A stretch of DNA of 64,000 bases. Origin: Octopus bimaculoides. Its lineage: Eukaryota. The stretch lies in contig NC_068989.1 of the NCBI RefSeq assembly GCF_001194135.2, positions 51,702,303 to 51,766,302 on the forward strand, written 5' to 3'. The notes below the pieces were generated by a model. The model was not told the origin of the DNA and did no database searches. It was given only the letters and a program-made list of their open reading frames with translations. Shown here piece after piece: positions 11,871-26,349 of this stretch. The position numbers and the translations under genes are program-made. Numbering within the stretch: the stretch's first letter is position 1; every line of letters starts with the position of its first letter.

Positions 11871-13621
11871 ATTCAATACTCCATTAGTTACAACAAAAAA
11901 ATTAAAATATACGTTGAAATGCAACAAAACATTATAAAAGACATAAAAACAAGGATGAAACATCGACTTGGTGCTTCTGACTCAATGTCAATGTACTTCC
12001 ACAGTTCTCTGCTTATGGAACAAATCTACGATTGTTGGTACTCCAGTTATTCCTCAATTCCGTGCAACCTCCGTCATTTTGTTTTTATTTTAGCGTGTTA
12101 TTTCAGGTTGATTTTTCTACTAGTTTCAGTACTTTAGGAACATTGATGTACGATGTCACATTGATTTATCTAGTTAATATATTAATTCTTTGTAGAAGGT
12201 CTAATGCATTCAACATTATATTAGTCATTAGGATGATAAAATATGTTTTCACTATACTGACACATATATAGTGTAGTTAATACCGATTGCAAATAGATAT
12301 CACACATGCAGAGTTTATAGTGAAAAGAGATCATGAATATATATCAATTACATATCCACTTTTGGAAAACAGTTTGAATGTCTATTTCCGAGAATATTAC
12401 TCAAGGTTAATAGATTTGTAAGAGGATATTTAAACTGAATATAAATTGATTTGTTACTGATAATGGTTTCGAAAACTTTGAAGTTATCAACAAGGATATA
12501 TTTTTGACCAACGCGTAAATAGTTCAGGCGTTGCGTCTCCTTAGTCCCATATGTAACGCTTGCTTATGAATATATTCACAAAAATAGAGGTGAACTTTTC
12601 AGAACATAATCAAACTGGAAACAATTTATTTCCCAAAATGGATTAACGCTCACTAAATAAGAACGTATATATGATATTGTTACTAAACTACAAAATGGAA
12701 ACATCATGGATTCCACAGAATTTAATTTTCCTAGAGCAGAACATCGACAATTCTTTATTGTAGAGTTTCGCCTCTTTGATAACGCAATAATAATTCTCTA
12801 AAAATAGCCCTTCCAATTTCCTCTAAAATCAATTTCCCATGGAATAGAATCTATTACCGCAAAATAATTTCGATGTGAGCGAAAATATTTCTTTTGTAAA
12901 TCAAAGATTTAAGAATGGATAAAAGAGAGAAATTTAGAGTCAGTTGGGGCATGTAATCGATCGTTAACTGGTCAGAATGGATTCTATTTTCGATTGGTAC
13001 TATCAAACAGAAAGATAGTGTACAGAACAAGCCTTTATATAATGATCAATGTAATCAGAAGACCCAAATAAATAACTTAGGAATACAATTACGATTCTCA
13101 ACTGGTGAAATTTAGGCAATAATTTTACAGTTCAAACTTGAAATATACAGTAATTATTGATTATTTTGTATGAGTTGAAGAATTCAAATGCGTAGTAGCA
13201 GGGAAGCATGCATGTGTTTTTCTAAGTGAATTGATCGTGAAGGCGAAACAAAATCTTAAACAATTCAATAAATAAAGTGAGTTCACGTCTATATAACTCC
13301 ACAGTTTAATGCACACTAGATACTACTAAGTACACAATACTATGTACAATTCTTAAGGTAATGCTGTGCTCGATTTAGTTCATTTCCTCCTTTAAAAAAT
13401 AATATTGCTTATCATATTTCCCTGTGAATGGTTGAAGGCATATACGCTATCACAATACAAGAAATTTATAGACACTGAACAAATGTTGTTCTAGCATAGA
13501 TACAATTCCATGTATACTCTATGATATTGGATATCTTACATAAGTTGCACTTAGTTCATAGCCATATTTATATGTAAAAGTAGAGTTCATATTAAAAATA
13601 TGAACTGAAAACATGACAAGT

Positions 13622-13772
13622 TGGTGTGTGGTAATAAGCTTGCTTCCCAACTGCATGGTTACGGGTTCAGTCCCACTGCGTGGCACCATCGGCAAGTACC
13701 GTCTACTATAGCCTTGAGTCAACCAAAGCCTTGTGGGTGGATTTAGTTGACAGAATCTGAAAGAAGCCCGTC

Positions 13773-13775
<3 letters not shown>
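13622..13775 (+). mobile_element. tRNA-derived SINE, family B (5' half, runs into (TA)n and a gap)
   Basis: GTGTGGTAA..AGCTTGCTTCCCAAC and B-box GGGTTCAGTCCCACTGCGTGGCACC; homologous to 58097-58503. Confidence 0.9.
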
Positions 13776-13806
<31 letters not shown>

Positions 13807-14097
13807 NNNNNNNNNNNNNNNNNNNNNNNNNNNNNNNNNNNNNNNNNNNNNNNNNNNNNNNNNNNNNNNNNNNNNNNNNNNNNNNNNNNNNNNNNNNNNN
13901 NNNNNNNNNNNNNNNNNNNNNNNNNNNNNNNNNNNNNNNNNNNNNNNNNNNNNNNNNNNNNNNNNNNNNNNNNNNNNNNNNNNNNNNNNNNNNNNNNNNN
14001 NNNNNNNNNNNNNNNNNNNNNNNNNNNNNNNNNNNNNNNNNNNNNNNNNNNNNNNNNNNNNNNNNNNNNNNNNNNNNNNNNNNNNNNNNNNNNNNNN

Positions 14098-14141
<44 letters not shown>

Positions 14142-15349
14142 CTAAATAATTGTCAAATGTGGAATACGGCTGTCACTACATAATCCTGATGATTGCGTAA
14201 CGCATGAAAATACTAGTTTATTTCAATATTGTAAAATAGTAAAAATTGTAAATAATAAAGCGTGAACATCAAATGAAGATGGAATTTCATTGATTAATAC
14301 ACAATCATAAAAAAAATCGGATATATATATACAACCGTTGTATTAAAGAGCACAATATCTAATATATCCACATTTGTTTGTCTTTTTTCAAAGTGGAAAC
14401 ATTCTGCTAGTAACAGCAGTAATATATGCTTATGCCATACTGAAATTAACTTTGCATTCTATATGTCCAGTGTTGGTAATTAAAGTTTGTTCAGCTAGAT
14501 GACCTTCCGTACAATCAATAATCATTTTCACATCAATGCACATGTTTATACTGCACATAGACGTATACGTACAAGAAGACACTCCTACACCTTTCTGTCG
14601 TAATATCTCTTCCAACACCTTTCGCATTCAAACAGATTTTCCATTAGTGAACAAATGACTGGATGTATTTCTCTCCCAGAGAACTCTCATCTGTTTCCTT
14701 GAACTCCCTGTGTGATGTTCCTGGTCAATGCCGCTCAGTTCATTGTATTTCTCTATATAAATTCTTCACAGTGAGACTGTACATGCTTCACTGCTGGGAT
14801 TTTACAAGGTCATCGCATTTCGGAGAACTACACGAGTAGCCTTCAAAAAATAACTCTACGCAGGTCTGCAGCTGCTATATTTTATAGAAAATAGAATTTG
14901 GTTTAAGTATTTGACTTATGATATAAATACACCTACATGGGATTTGGTTGTGGAATTGAAAACATATTCTCAATCAATGGCAGTGCATATGGGAGATGGT
15001 CATGCATACCTGTAAAGTACAGAAACAAGGGCGGAGATCTATTTTCTAAGAGATATTTTGAAATCTCAAAGATCTTCAACTTGTAACAGTGTCTGAGCGT
15101 ATACGTGGCTTTTACACGCTTACTCAAGAAAATATTTACGCATACAAGCATCATATTATTCAAAAACATATTGTTTTTGCATTCTAGTGTAAAACTCTCA
15201 GGTTTGTTTATGGTTCCATGCTCTGAAATCCCCACATACTGAGGTCACTATGTGTATGTATGCGTACACATGTATATATATATATATCGGAGCGTTTTGG
15301 AAATTTCTTAATACAGCTTTTTTTTCTTAAAGAGTTAAGATTGGGCAAA

Positions 15350-16090
15350 ATCCTTTTTAGAAAGTCGAAAGGCACTAAACTTTGTGGTGATTTCAAGACG
15401 CTTATCTACTTGGTTGGCTTGCAAGGAGATACACAAAGTATTCATGTTTCCTTTCCTTATGGGACAGCAGAGCTGATGAGGATCATTACGAGAGAGTACA
15501 TTGGCCCCCCACGAGTGGAACTGCAGCCAGGAGTGTTAAATGTTCTCAAACTGCCTCTAATAGATTCCAACAAAATCTTATTACCCCCAGTTCATATCAA
15601 ATTAGGATTGGTAAAACAGTTTGTGAAGACCTTAGATTTTAGAGGAGAGGCTTTTCAAGAAATTTGTCTTATGTTTCCAAAGCTATCTGAGGCTAAGATC
15701 AAGGGTGGCATATTTGTTGGGCCCCAAGTAAATGCAATGTTAATGTCGAAGAAACTGGAAAGAGCGATGACAAAAGTTGAAAAAGAAGCTTGCTGTGCAT
15801 TTCGTGATGTAGTTCGTGGATACTTAGGAAATCACAAGTATCCTGATGAAAGAAAGCTGGTAGCAAAGCTTATTGAAAACTTCAAGAAAATGGTTTGTCG
15901 TATGTCCTTAAAGATTCGTTTTCTGCACTCTCACCGAGATTTTTTTCCCGAAAACTAGGGTGATGTCAGTGAGGAGCATGGTGAGAGATTTCATCAGGAC
16001 ATCGCAACTATGGAAAGAGGATACCACGGACGATGGGATACTGCTATGATGGGAGATTATATATGGTCTCTAGTCAGAAGAGATGAAGTT
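15350..16090 (+). pseudogene. Chapaev3-like (CMC superfamily) DNA transposase relic, C-terminal half
   Basis: Motifs CGDFK, YTKYSCFLSLWDSR (shifted frame), LLPPVHIKLGLVKQFVK, KLSEAKIKGGIFVGPQ, MSLKIRFLHSH.DFFPEN*GDVSEEHGERFHQDI and GDYIWSL. In-frame TAG at 15956-15958. The family name comes from recalled consensus motifs. Confidence 0.8.
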
Positions 16091-19000
16091 ATACACTCCA
16101 GGGGAGATTTAATTGGCGTCCTATAGTTGCTTTCGGAGTAAGAGGGGGAGAGAGAGAAACAGAGAGAGAGTTTAATAAAAAATAAAGATTGGGTGCTCTT
16201 TGCTTTTAGGGTGAGTGAACCGCTTCAGGATTTATGACTTCTATTATTATGTGAGGTCTTTTCTTTTAAGTGAGTGAGGGAATATAAAATGATGTTTCAA
16301 TGTAGTCCATTTTGTTTTCATTTTTGTCCTAGTAGTCGAAGATAACGCTATTTCGCCCTACGTATGTACTCCTCTGTACAATATACTTTGGGATCATGAA
16401 ATTAGTTGGTCTATGTTCAGTTAAGATCTTTGTGAATTATATACTGTCTATTTTCTTTTTTTTTTATCTCTCTTTCTTTTGCCTATTTTCTTAACAGTGA
16501 AGGAAAGGAGTCATTTAAAATTAAAATTGATATTATACGGAAGTATGACCGATATTTTCTATTTTCTTTACTTTTGACAGTGTAGGAGAGACAAAGCGCT
16601 AAAGAGATATAGAGATAGGAAGAAGGAAAGTCTCTTACGTGCTTAGCTTTCGATTCTGGGAGTTTCTGAAGGATCTTGTGTTTTTTTCCCTTTCTTTCTT
16701 CCTCCTTCGCCTTGTTTGATAATTCTTTATGCAGAGTAGTTTACCGTTTTCTCTCCAAGCTACAGACAATACTCTCAGTGTTTTTCTCCGGTGCAAATGT
16801 TTGTGTGTATGTATATATTACTTAAACATTATATAAAAATTTATATATTTGTAATATTTTCTTTCATGTATAGCACAAATATACAACACACACATGCACA
16901 CACACAAACATACTGTGTTACACACATACACACAATATATCTGCGTGTGGCTGAATGAGTTACAAATGTTCACACTTATTTACTTGCACACAAGGCTCAC
17001 CTACAATTAAATATATTTTATTATATTTGATAACTTCATACATGCGACAGTGTCGAATGATATTTAATCTGTTGCTCCGTCGCACTCGTATCGTATTTTA
17101 ATTCTCGTTCGGGTCAATGTTATTGTTTTCATATCACATTTTGATCACTAATTTCTATATTACATTACATCTTAGTACTGTTTATTTTCTTTATAGATTT
17201 ATTTTTTGCTTCATTTCGATAAATTCATATCGATTTGATTTAAACGGTCGTAATTTTACGTTAAATGAGAGCAAATATAGCATTATAGCCAGCAATTATT
17301 ATCTTTAATAGTTTCAACGTTATCCAGTTTATCATGATAAAAGAGAGAAAAATAAAAAATGAAGTTTTTGATAAACACACAATTAAATTCTTTAAATATT
17401 AAATTTTAAAAAAAATTATAGAATCAAATGTGAAAGAAAGTGTGTCAAAAAACTTAATTTGATTCGTATTTTTCTGCTTCTTTAATAACTTGTCACTTAA
17501 AATTATTGTGTTATTACGTAGCATTAAAGTTTGTGCAAAAAAGGTTGAAGAAACAATCTATAAATTATGAATGCAACAGCAACAAAAAAAAATTTATAAC
17601 GACCTCACGATATGGGTAATGACAAAAGTAAGAATGCTAAATGTTAACGAAACGAAATCATATAAGAGCAAATTGTTACTTGCATCAACTGAAAGAAACC
17701 AAGCGAAGAACAATAATTTCATCAAAATTGTTATAAATCATTTTTCGGAACATTACAAATATCAAATCTTCCAACCAAATGAATATTCTGTAAAATAAAC
17801 TGTCTAATAGAAAACTGGAACGAATTAATTGCATTATATTTATGTAAAGATATAGATATTAATAACGATTACTGCTACCATCACTATCACCAGTACCTAC
17901 CACTATCACTACCACTGACGCTGCTACCGTCACCACCATCCTTGTTCTCGTAATCGCTGTATATATGTTTGATACTGTTATTACAGCTCATATATTATGT
18001 CTTTGCTCCCTTTCTAGTATAACTGAATAGTTTTAACTATCAATTTATTACATTATCGGAATGTTTTGAAGGAGATTCTCATGAGCTGCTCTGACTGCTA
18101 ATACTGACAGTCAAAATGTTCTCAAATCATAATTTACCACTGGAAGGACATATTAGCCAATCTAGTTCACGATAATTATGATGCCGCTATAGTAACTCCT
18201 CGTTACAGGTATACTGGGCCCATGATAATTTGGGTTTAAAGAAAACAACGTGTAGAAACAATTTACGTAGTGTATGTCTACACAACGCATAAGAGAGACA
18301 AAAGACGAAAACAGTTACCATGTAAACACTGACCTTAAATACATACAGTTAAATACTTTGGGGTACATTAGTTGCTGTGGAAAATAAGCCTTCCTGTGGA
18401 ATAATATCGTTATTTAAGTGCCAAGACATTGTTTATGCACAAGGCATTTGCTGCACATGAGAGTGGTTGTATATAAAATCTCATTCAGTGATATCTTGGG
18501 GTTGTTTCAATTATAATAACTTTCAGAGGAAGCAAGATTTCTAAATTGTGCGAAAATCCGCCATTCAAGCATCACTGTTTGAATTAGTCAGTATCTCTTG
18601 AGTAAATGTTTTAGAATCTCATGCGTAGCAAACATTATAGCCACATTTTAAAGCTAAGAATGTCTCGATAGCGCGTGATACTGTGCTTCTGTCTGTAGCA
18701 AACTATAACGTTTCTCTGTGATCAAACTTATATGCATTATAACTCGCAGAAAAAACTAAACCAAATAAAAACAAAACAGCAAAAAAAATGATCCTCCAGC
18801 AGTTCAACTAATCAACAGACAAATTCTAAATATAAATTATTATACTCAATCATCTTATTGAAACGCAGCTAATCATAATTGTTTATATGATATTCTGTTA
18901 TCATAAAACATTTAATGCATTGAGGTAAGGATTTGTAGGGAATCTTTGAGACATCAGAATAGTTGCATAACTATTTTGATATTCATTATCCTACACTGAC

Positions 19001-19525
19001 ACGCAATTATACCTTGCAGATATTTCTGAAAATATTTGTATAGATATATTCAAAAGCTTGTGGTTTTATGATTATTCAACTGCTGCAATATTGCGTTCTA
19101 CGTTTTCGTATTAAAATTGATCGGCAGAAGTTTTAACCAAACCGCCTTAAACTATATGGATATATTCGTTGCCGANNNNNNNNNNNNNNNNNNNNNNNNN
19201 NNNNNNNNNNNNNNNNNNNNNNNNNNNNNNNNNNNNNNNNNNNNNNNNNNNNNNNNNNNNNNNNNNNNNNNNNNNNNNNNNNNNNNNNNNNNNNNNNNNN
19301 NNNNNNNNNNNNNNNNNNNNNNNNNNNNNNNNNNNNNNNNNNNNNNNNNNNNNNNNNNNNNNNNNNNNNNNNNNNNNNNNNNNNNNNNNNNNNNNNNNNN
19401 NNNNNNNNNNNNNNNNNNNNNNNNNNNNNNNNNNNNNNNNNNNNNNNNNNNNNNNNNNNNNNNNNNNNNNNNNNNNNNNNNNNNNNNNNNNNNNNNNNNN
19501 NNNNNNNNNNNNNNNNNNNNNNNNN

Positions 19526-19571
<46 letters not shown>

Positions 19572-19898
19572 TTATGTTACACATACACACGCGCGCACAC
19601 ACACATGTTTGTAGGTGTAGGTATAATCTCAAAACCAATTATTGATATTTCCAAAGCTTCTGCTGCGAAGGTTTCAAGTGGTAACAATTTGTTACGTAAC
19701 CACTTAAATCCTACTTATTAAAGGCATTTGAAATATCAGTAATTGGTTTTGTGAATATTAACTGACTCGTGTTTATAACAATCTGCCCTATCCCTTCTTC
19801 ATAATGCGTTATAATGTAACACGTATGTATACGTGTGTAATGTTGGGAGTCGAAAATATATGATAACGTATACGCATCAAAGTATGTTAGCGAATGCA

Positions 19899-20009
<111 letters not shown>

Positions 20010-20044
20010 GTACATACAAACACACAAATATGCATACGAACATA

Positions 20045-20885
20045 CGAGGTCTGATCAATAAGTATCCGGACCGTTGCCATAGTAGCAAAGCTAAAGCACA
20101 CAAATTGACCTTGAACTCTGCTGTACATGCGCACTAAGTTTTAACGTTCTAGTTCTTGGAAGGAATGTGTATAGTGTGTGGTAGTCGCATTAACCATGAC
20201 AGAGAAAATTGTCATGGCGATACCTGCTAAGAGGCCTACGCAAAGTTGTTGAAAGTGTATAGAGAGGAATGTATGAACCGCACACAAGTGTATGAGTGAT
20301 TCAGACGTTTCTAAGATGGCCAAAAATATGTGGATATTGACGAACCTGCTAGGAGACCTGCAACTAACAGAACTAAGAAAAATATCGCAGATGTGTGCAG
20401 CTGTGAGGAGAAATCGTCGAATCTCCATCCATGGGTTATCAAAGTATGTGGAGATTAGTTAAGGTTCAGTTCATTATCACTGAATATTTGGGTATGAGAC
20501 GTGTGTCTACCAAGATTGTGCCAAAAACTGCTTTCAGCTGATCAAAAAAAAACCCATAAAAAAAGAAACAATTTCAGTTGCACAAGATCTCTTTGGACGT
20601 GTCGAGAACGATTAAAATATTTTGAAAACTTCGCGTAGGCGTTTGGGCAGGTATCGTCAAGCTATTGGCAGATTTAGATGCCACTTTCTCTCTCATGGTC
20701 AATGCGACGATCACACGCTACACACCTTCCTTCCAAACACTGCTGTAAACAGGGGAAGTTAGCAAAAACGTTAAAACTTAATGCCCATGCACAAAAGAGT
20801 TTAAGGTCTATCTGTGCCGTGTGGCTTCACTCTGTGTGTGTTAGCTTCTATGGCAACGGTCCGAATGCTTATTGATCAGACCACG
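20045..20885 (+). mobile_element. Non-autonomous mariner derivative with TA target duplications
   Basis: 38-bp TIRs with 3 mismatches (CGAGGTCTGATCAATAAGTATCCGGACCGTTGCCATAG); TA at 20043-44 and 20886-87. Contains a decayed N-terminal transposase (CMNRTQVYE.FRRF, RRNRRISI, LGMRRVSTKIVPK) and no DDD domain. Confidence 0.9.
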
Positions 20886-21544
20886 TATACATATGCATAT
20901 TTGTATTTTTTTTTATTTGCGTAGCCTAAAAAAGGAAACAATTTGTGTTATATTTAAAATGGTAAACGTGACTCATGAAGTTTATGCAGTTGAAATTCAA
21001 TTTATTCTGGGTCTCGACAATCACATGCTGGAAAGACTTGATGAGGTATTAGATACCAGTGAAACGATATTCTAGGATTAAATTGATTAGATATTGTAAT
21101 TACTTTGCAGTAAGCGGAAAACCGGGATTAAATTAATACGGTTAAGACGGTTTGAAAGAATTGAGAGTCGGAGTGACGAACTACGTAGCCAGGTAATTCG
21201 TAAGGCAGAATAGCGTAATGATAGAGAGACAGGAAAGTATTCCTGAGCGAAAGAACCTGAAACGTGCTCGTTAGTGATGGGACTACAATCAGACTTATTA
21301 GTTTTAGGTTGCATTCTGCGGCGATATGTGACGGTTCTGTTGCAGATCCGTCTTAAATATGTCATATATGGCATTGAAACACTACTGATACATTTATATC
21401 CGGTAAATTATTTGCAATCTCCTGTCTTCATATATTAGTAAGCTGCAAAAAATATTTTCCAGAATTTTCAATTATGCACACTTCAGAGAAATAACATTTA
21501 CTTACGACTTTGGAATACTGAAAATAGCAGACTGGTTTCGTCTA

Positions 21545-22170
21545 TAGGTGAATTTTTTGCGTTATCCTGTTCCAGACCGTTCTGGCCACCGCACCATGCA
21601 TCATAATATGATAATATCTGTAAGACATTCTCTCGCAATTGGCAATAATATGGGTGATATATTCAATGTTGGTCTTGCACAACCTACATTCGTTGTCTGT
21701 CTTCGTTTTCCGTTTGTTATGCAGACCATGACCAGCTCACTTACGGGGAAGTCGTTCCTACTTTCATCTCCATTGATGCTGAGGTTTCCTGCAACACCAA
21801 GCATCTTGCTAGTTCGAACCTCCATCTCATTGAGTTCTTTATGTGACCAGTTCAAAATTACAAACATAAGCTTGAGGACAGTCACTGCAAACGTGTTGTA
21901 GACAAAATGCTTGTTGTAAGATGAGTGTTCTGATGACCATATTCTCTCTACCCTCGTAAGGTACTCATTTCGGGTCCTCCTACTTATTTATTGGGCCCAT
22001 CGTCCCAAACATATACATCTTGTCCCGAATACATATATTGGTTACGTGCCTGTAGATGTTGATTTGTCAAGCCGTTAATGTTTAGGTTTTCAGAAGAGGG
22101 CACAATTTTTATTGTCAAAACTGCAAACCAGAACCCACCAAATTTCATTCCAATGTTTGTAGAAAAATGG
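21545..22170 (-). mobile_element. R4/Dong-like (RLE-class) LINE fragment: RT C-terminus and CCHC zinc knuckle
   Basis: Minus-strand frames give IGMKFG, EYLTRVERIWSSE..YNK..YNTFAV.VL, NWSHKELNEMEVRTSKML and CRLCKTNIEYITHIIANC...MHGAVARTVW. An internal deletion near 21720 joins the thumb to the knuckle. Confidence 0.8.
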
Positions 22171-25100
22171 GAAATAAGATGCAATTTTTGTTTTGATTTC
22201 TGTGGTTGATATAGTATTTGGCCTAAGCAGTTTCAGATCGAAGACAAAAAAAATGATGGGAGATATTTCTGGATCCACTTCTATGAACACCCTTGTTATC
22301 TGAGTAGATGCGATAGTGATATATATGTATATACGTATGTATGTATATTTGTATTTATGCACGCATGCTTGGCTGCGAATGAATGACATACTTTTGTCTT
22401 ATGAAGTGTTACAGAAAACTGAAATATATATTTTCAGCTCCGTTATGTCAAATTTAACAATCAATACATTATTTGCAAATGTACGCTTTCGAAAGTCTTT
22501 AGCCATGATTTTGCAGATATAATTTCAAATGTCTTCGAGCGTCTGTCTAATCTATTCCATTGAACAGACTTTGAAGTATATCATTTTTCTCTGAGAATTA
22601 ACATATATTTTGAAGGGTAGCTCGTTGCTTTTCAATAGAAATTGTTTGACCATATATCAGTTACTTCATTGGTTCCATCATATACTTAGTATGACATGTA
22701 AGATAGATTTCAGCTTATAAATGATGTCTGGAAATTCAGCATCCATTGAGCTCAACCTTATCGCTTTTATTACTTCTACTTCAAACATCAGACTAACGTC
22801 TATATAACATCAACAGTAATTTTGAGAATAATTATTTTTCAACGAAAAATAGTTTAATGGAAATGATAACTGTTAGATGAGTTTAATGGATTATATGTGA
22901 CATTTTATGTATTTCCTACTTTCGAAGGTCGTATTATAATAAATTCAAACTTATACGTTTTTATATTCCCAGATGATTATGAATCACCTTTAGAGTTTAA
23001 ACATAGATGTCATTAATGCAACTAAGAAAATATATTAGAATACAAGAAACAACTCAGAAAAATTAATCACACGTATATATGGAAATTAATTTTGTTGTCC
23101 AAAGTATTAAAAAATAAAGTAAAGGAAAAAAAAACTTTGATGTTCTCTTTATTCACATGTAAATTTCAAGTAATATCCGATGGTAAAGAAACATGGAACA
23201 TACTTTGATGTTATAAAACGGCGTTCTGCGAAATCTAAAATGGGAAGGTGCAATGTAGCAGTGTATGATTATATCTACAATGCGTTGAATTATCAACATT
23301 TCAGCATTAGTTGCCAGATCACAATGATTAGTAAATAGGATGTTACACAGGAAGATTTTATGTATGTCTAGTCCTGGTAATGAGGTTCCAAATCAAAGAT
23401 ACGTCAATTTATTAGATAAAAAGCATCACGAAATGAGACCTACTTTTTTCACGAACAGTATCAGTAAATAATCCAAAAATAAATTGGAATTGGAAGGAAG
23501 TGAGAACATAAACAGTTTTCATGTCAAAGAAAAGCTATATCTTTTCTCGTAATTCTAAAATTACTTCGAAAATAGTTTTTTTGTCGGTAATGGCTCTAGA
23601 ACAATATCAAAAGAATAGGCTTCTATTTGAAAGCTAAGCTATTTATAAAAGTAAACGTGTTCCTATACCAGCATAATAGCATGTAACTATATACTAAATA
23701 TTCACTGTCATCGCCACGTAGTATGTAATTTCTTTTTTGATTTGTATAAAGAAGGCATTTGGTAATTGTGGTTTACATTATTATTTAGTTGCAATGTCGG
23801 TAGTAATGAATCATTAGGAAGAAAAAAATCAACAAACTGTTCATTGTTTCTTAATGACAAACATTAATTATAGAAATAAACAAATTATGTAAATTGCTTT
23901 CAATGTGTCGAACAGCAATACTCAAGCAAAGAGTAATGTAATATAAATTAATGTAATACACAAAACAATTAATATTATATCTAAATCAATATTAAAAGCT
24001 GCCCCTTAAAATATGTTCACCTAAAACAGAAATTCAACTTTTTTAGTTGGAACTATAATCATTCAGTTTTAATTTAAATGCGCCGTATATAATCTATGCA
24101 GGAAATATACTAATTATTAAATAACTGGCGCGTCCGTTAACCATGTAAGCTTAATCACATCTTTAAACCCAGTCTCTTTCTCAATCCGAGCAATTATTTT
24201 TTAAATGTGCAAATATCTTATTGAATATTATTTATTTTCCTCTGCGAGCAGTAACTTGTGTGTACATATTAAGCTAAGAAATTTTCGCTACTTCAGTTAT
24301 ATGAAGTAGCACTTGGCAAAAAGCTGTATGCCATTCCCCCAGAGCAACGATATGATGTTTGTGTGAATCAGCAGAAAGTCGTTTTGTTCATTGTATTCAA
24401 TAGAACATGGATTGCAATATTATAATAGGTAGGGCTGGCTGTATGTTTACAGCATTGGGTAGAACATATTTTTAATGTCGGGAATGCTGACATCAGTAAC
24501 AAAAGTTGAGATATATTCTTCGCACTTGTGTTAAATGGATCTAAGCTGACAATTGTAATATGGTTATCACCAGATATGCATGCTTTTGTTTGGTGGGATC
24601 AGATGCGTATAATACTATTTCTATTCTGAAATAGTTCACAGAAGTAATGACTCATTGTACAACACAGACAACTTATAATTTTCTTTTTCCTACTTGACTT
24701 GTATTTTTTCTTTGCATTTCTTGTGTAATTAATGTATTTAAATCACATTTTCACCAATTGGATTCGTCTGTTTAGTAACTAGTCTTTGCTACTGGATTAC
24801 AGTTAAAGCAAATATCGTGAGATATATCAACATGTAGCATTGTTAACACTTTCATATTGCAGCCAATTGCCCTCAGTCGGAAGTTAAGAATTGGTGCTAT
24901 TTTATTATTGTATGGTCAAAGACCGGCTATTCGCAAAACGACTTATTACTAATGAGCTTCCTGTTTTTCTCCCCAAATATAATTCTCCTAGTATTTCATC
25001 ATATATGATACTTTTGAAGACGATATTATGCGGTCTAAGTCGTATATGTGTTGCGTTTCCAGCAGGTGTAGTGATATTGAGTACCATCCTTAAAGAAGAA

Positions 25101-25567
25101 ATGATACTATGTATCTGTTACACACACAAAAAAAACGGCGTATCTCGAACGATAAGGTGTGTAACTGACTAAATCAAAATTTAGACATTTGGTAATGAAA
25201 CTCTCTCAAATAAATCAAATAATCGCTATGGAAATTTGAATAAATTGTATGTAAGCTAGGGTTTTAAAATCGAATGATTTATTAGGTCTAACATCAGTTA
25301 CTGACAATGAACTGCCATTGTCATGCAGCTGTTATAGCAGATAATACTTGATAGACATGACGCAGGTGACTATCTAAATAAATTCTGTTGCTATACCAAT
25401 CAATACACATCACGTTAGATAGAAGAGCTGTCTATGGCAGAATTAAAATCATACACGCATAATCCATTCAGGGTTATATAGGAGAGATCGTAAGGAATTA
25501 GCCGTAACTTGATGACGCACACTGCTCAGCATTAACAGCTACACGTAGTATATTCTCACTAGAACAT

Positions 25568-25780
25568 TCTTCTCTACTCTAGGTACAAGGCTCGAAATTT
25601 TAGGGAAGGGGGTTAGTCGAATAGATCGACTCCAGTACGCAAATGGTAATTAATTTATCGACCCCGAAAGAATGAAACGCTAAGTCGACCTCGGTGGAAT
25701 TTGAACCGAGGAAACGAGGAATTTGAAATAACGCTAAGTATTTTGCCCAGCGTGCTAACGTTTCTGGCAGCTCACCGTCT
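25568..25780 (-). mobile_element. tRNA-derived SINE, family A, with target-site duplication
   Basis: Reverse complement of the family A head and body. Flanked by TATTCTCACTAG(A/G)ACAT at 25551-25567 and 25781-25797. Confidence 0.9.
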
Positions 25781-26349
25781 TATTCTCACTAGGACATAAC
25801 GTGAATGGAATTCCTTACTTGCACAGGGTTTTGTTTGCTGCGTTTGTGGTTAACAATTTTGCATGAACAAATTTAACTGTGCAGTTGTTACTCGTTTCTC
25901 TAGTATCCCAAAGTATATGTCTGTAACATAATTCTGCAAATGATTCAATTGAAAGAAAGAAGTAAAAGAACCAACTTTACATTCCGGACAGAAAGAGTCT
26001 GCATAATATTAAAAATCTTTTTTATCAACTAGTCTATTTTCCGATTGAGCCTTATTTGAATATCCCATATTAAAACACACTCTTTTTTAATATTCTGCAG
26101 TATTAATGNNNNNNNNNNNNNNNNNNNNNNNNNNNNNNNNNNNNNNNNNNNNNNNNNNNNNNNNNNNNNNNNNNNNNNNNNNNNNNNNNNNNNNNNNNNN
26201 NNNNNNNNNNNNNNNNNNNNNNNNNNNNNNNNNNNNNNNNNNNNNNNNNNNNNNNNNNNNNNNNNNNNNNNNNNNNNNNNNNNNNNNNNNNNTGTATATA
26301 TATATATATATTTATATAACTTAGTCGCATCTTATCCCATTATTTGGTG

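Noticed and set aside
14186-14220. CTGATGA-TTGCGTAACGCAT-GAAA hammerhead-like motif
   Set aside because: Stem II is present, but the basal pair is a T-T mismatch and stems I and III cannot be formed. At best it is a relic.
14400-15250. Coding-like minus-strand segment upstream of the Chapaev3 relic
   Set aside because: All three frames have frequent stop codons and I recognise no domain. It may be an old TE, but it cannot be classified by eye.
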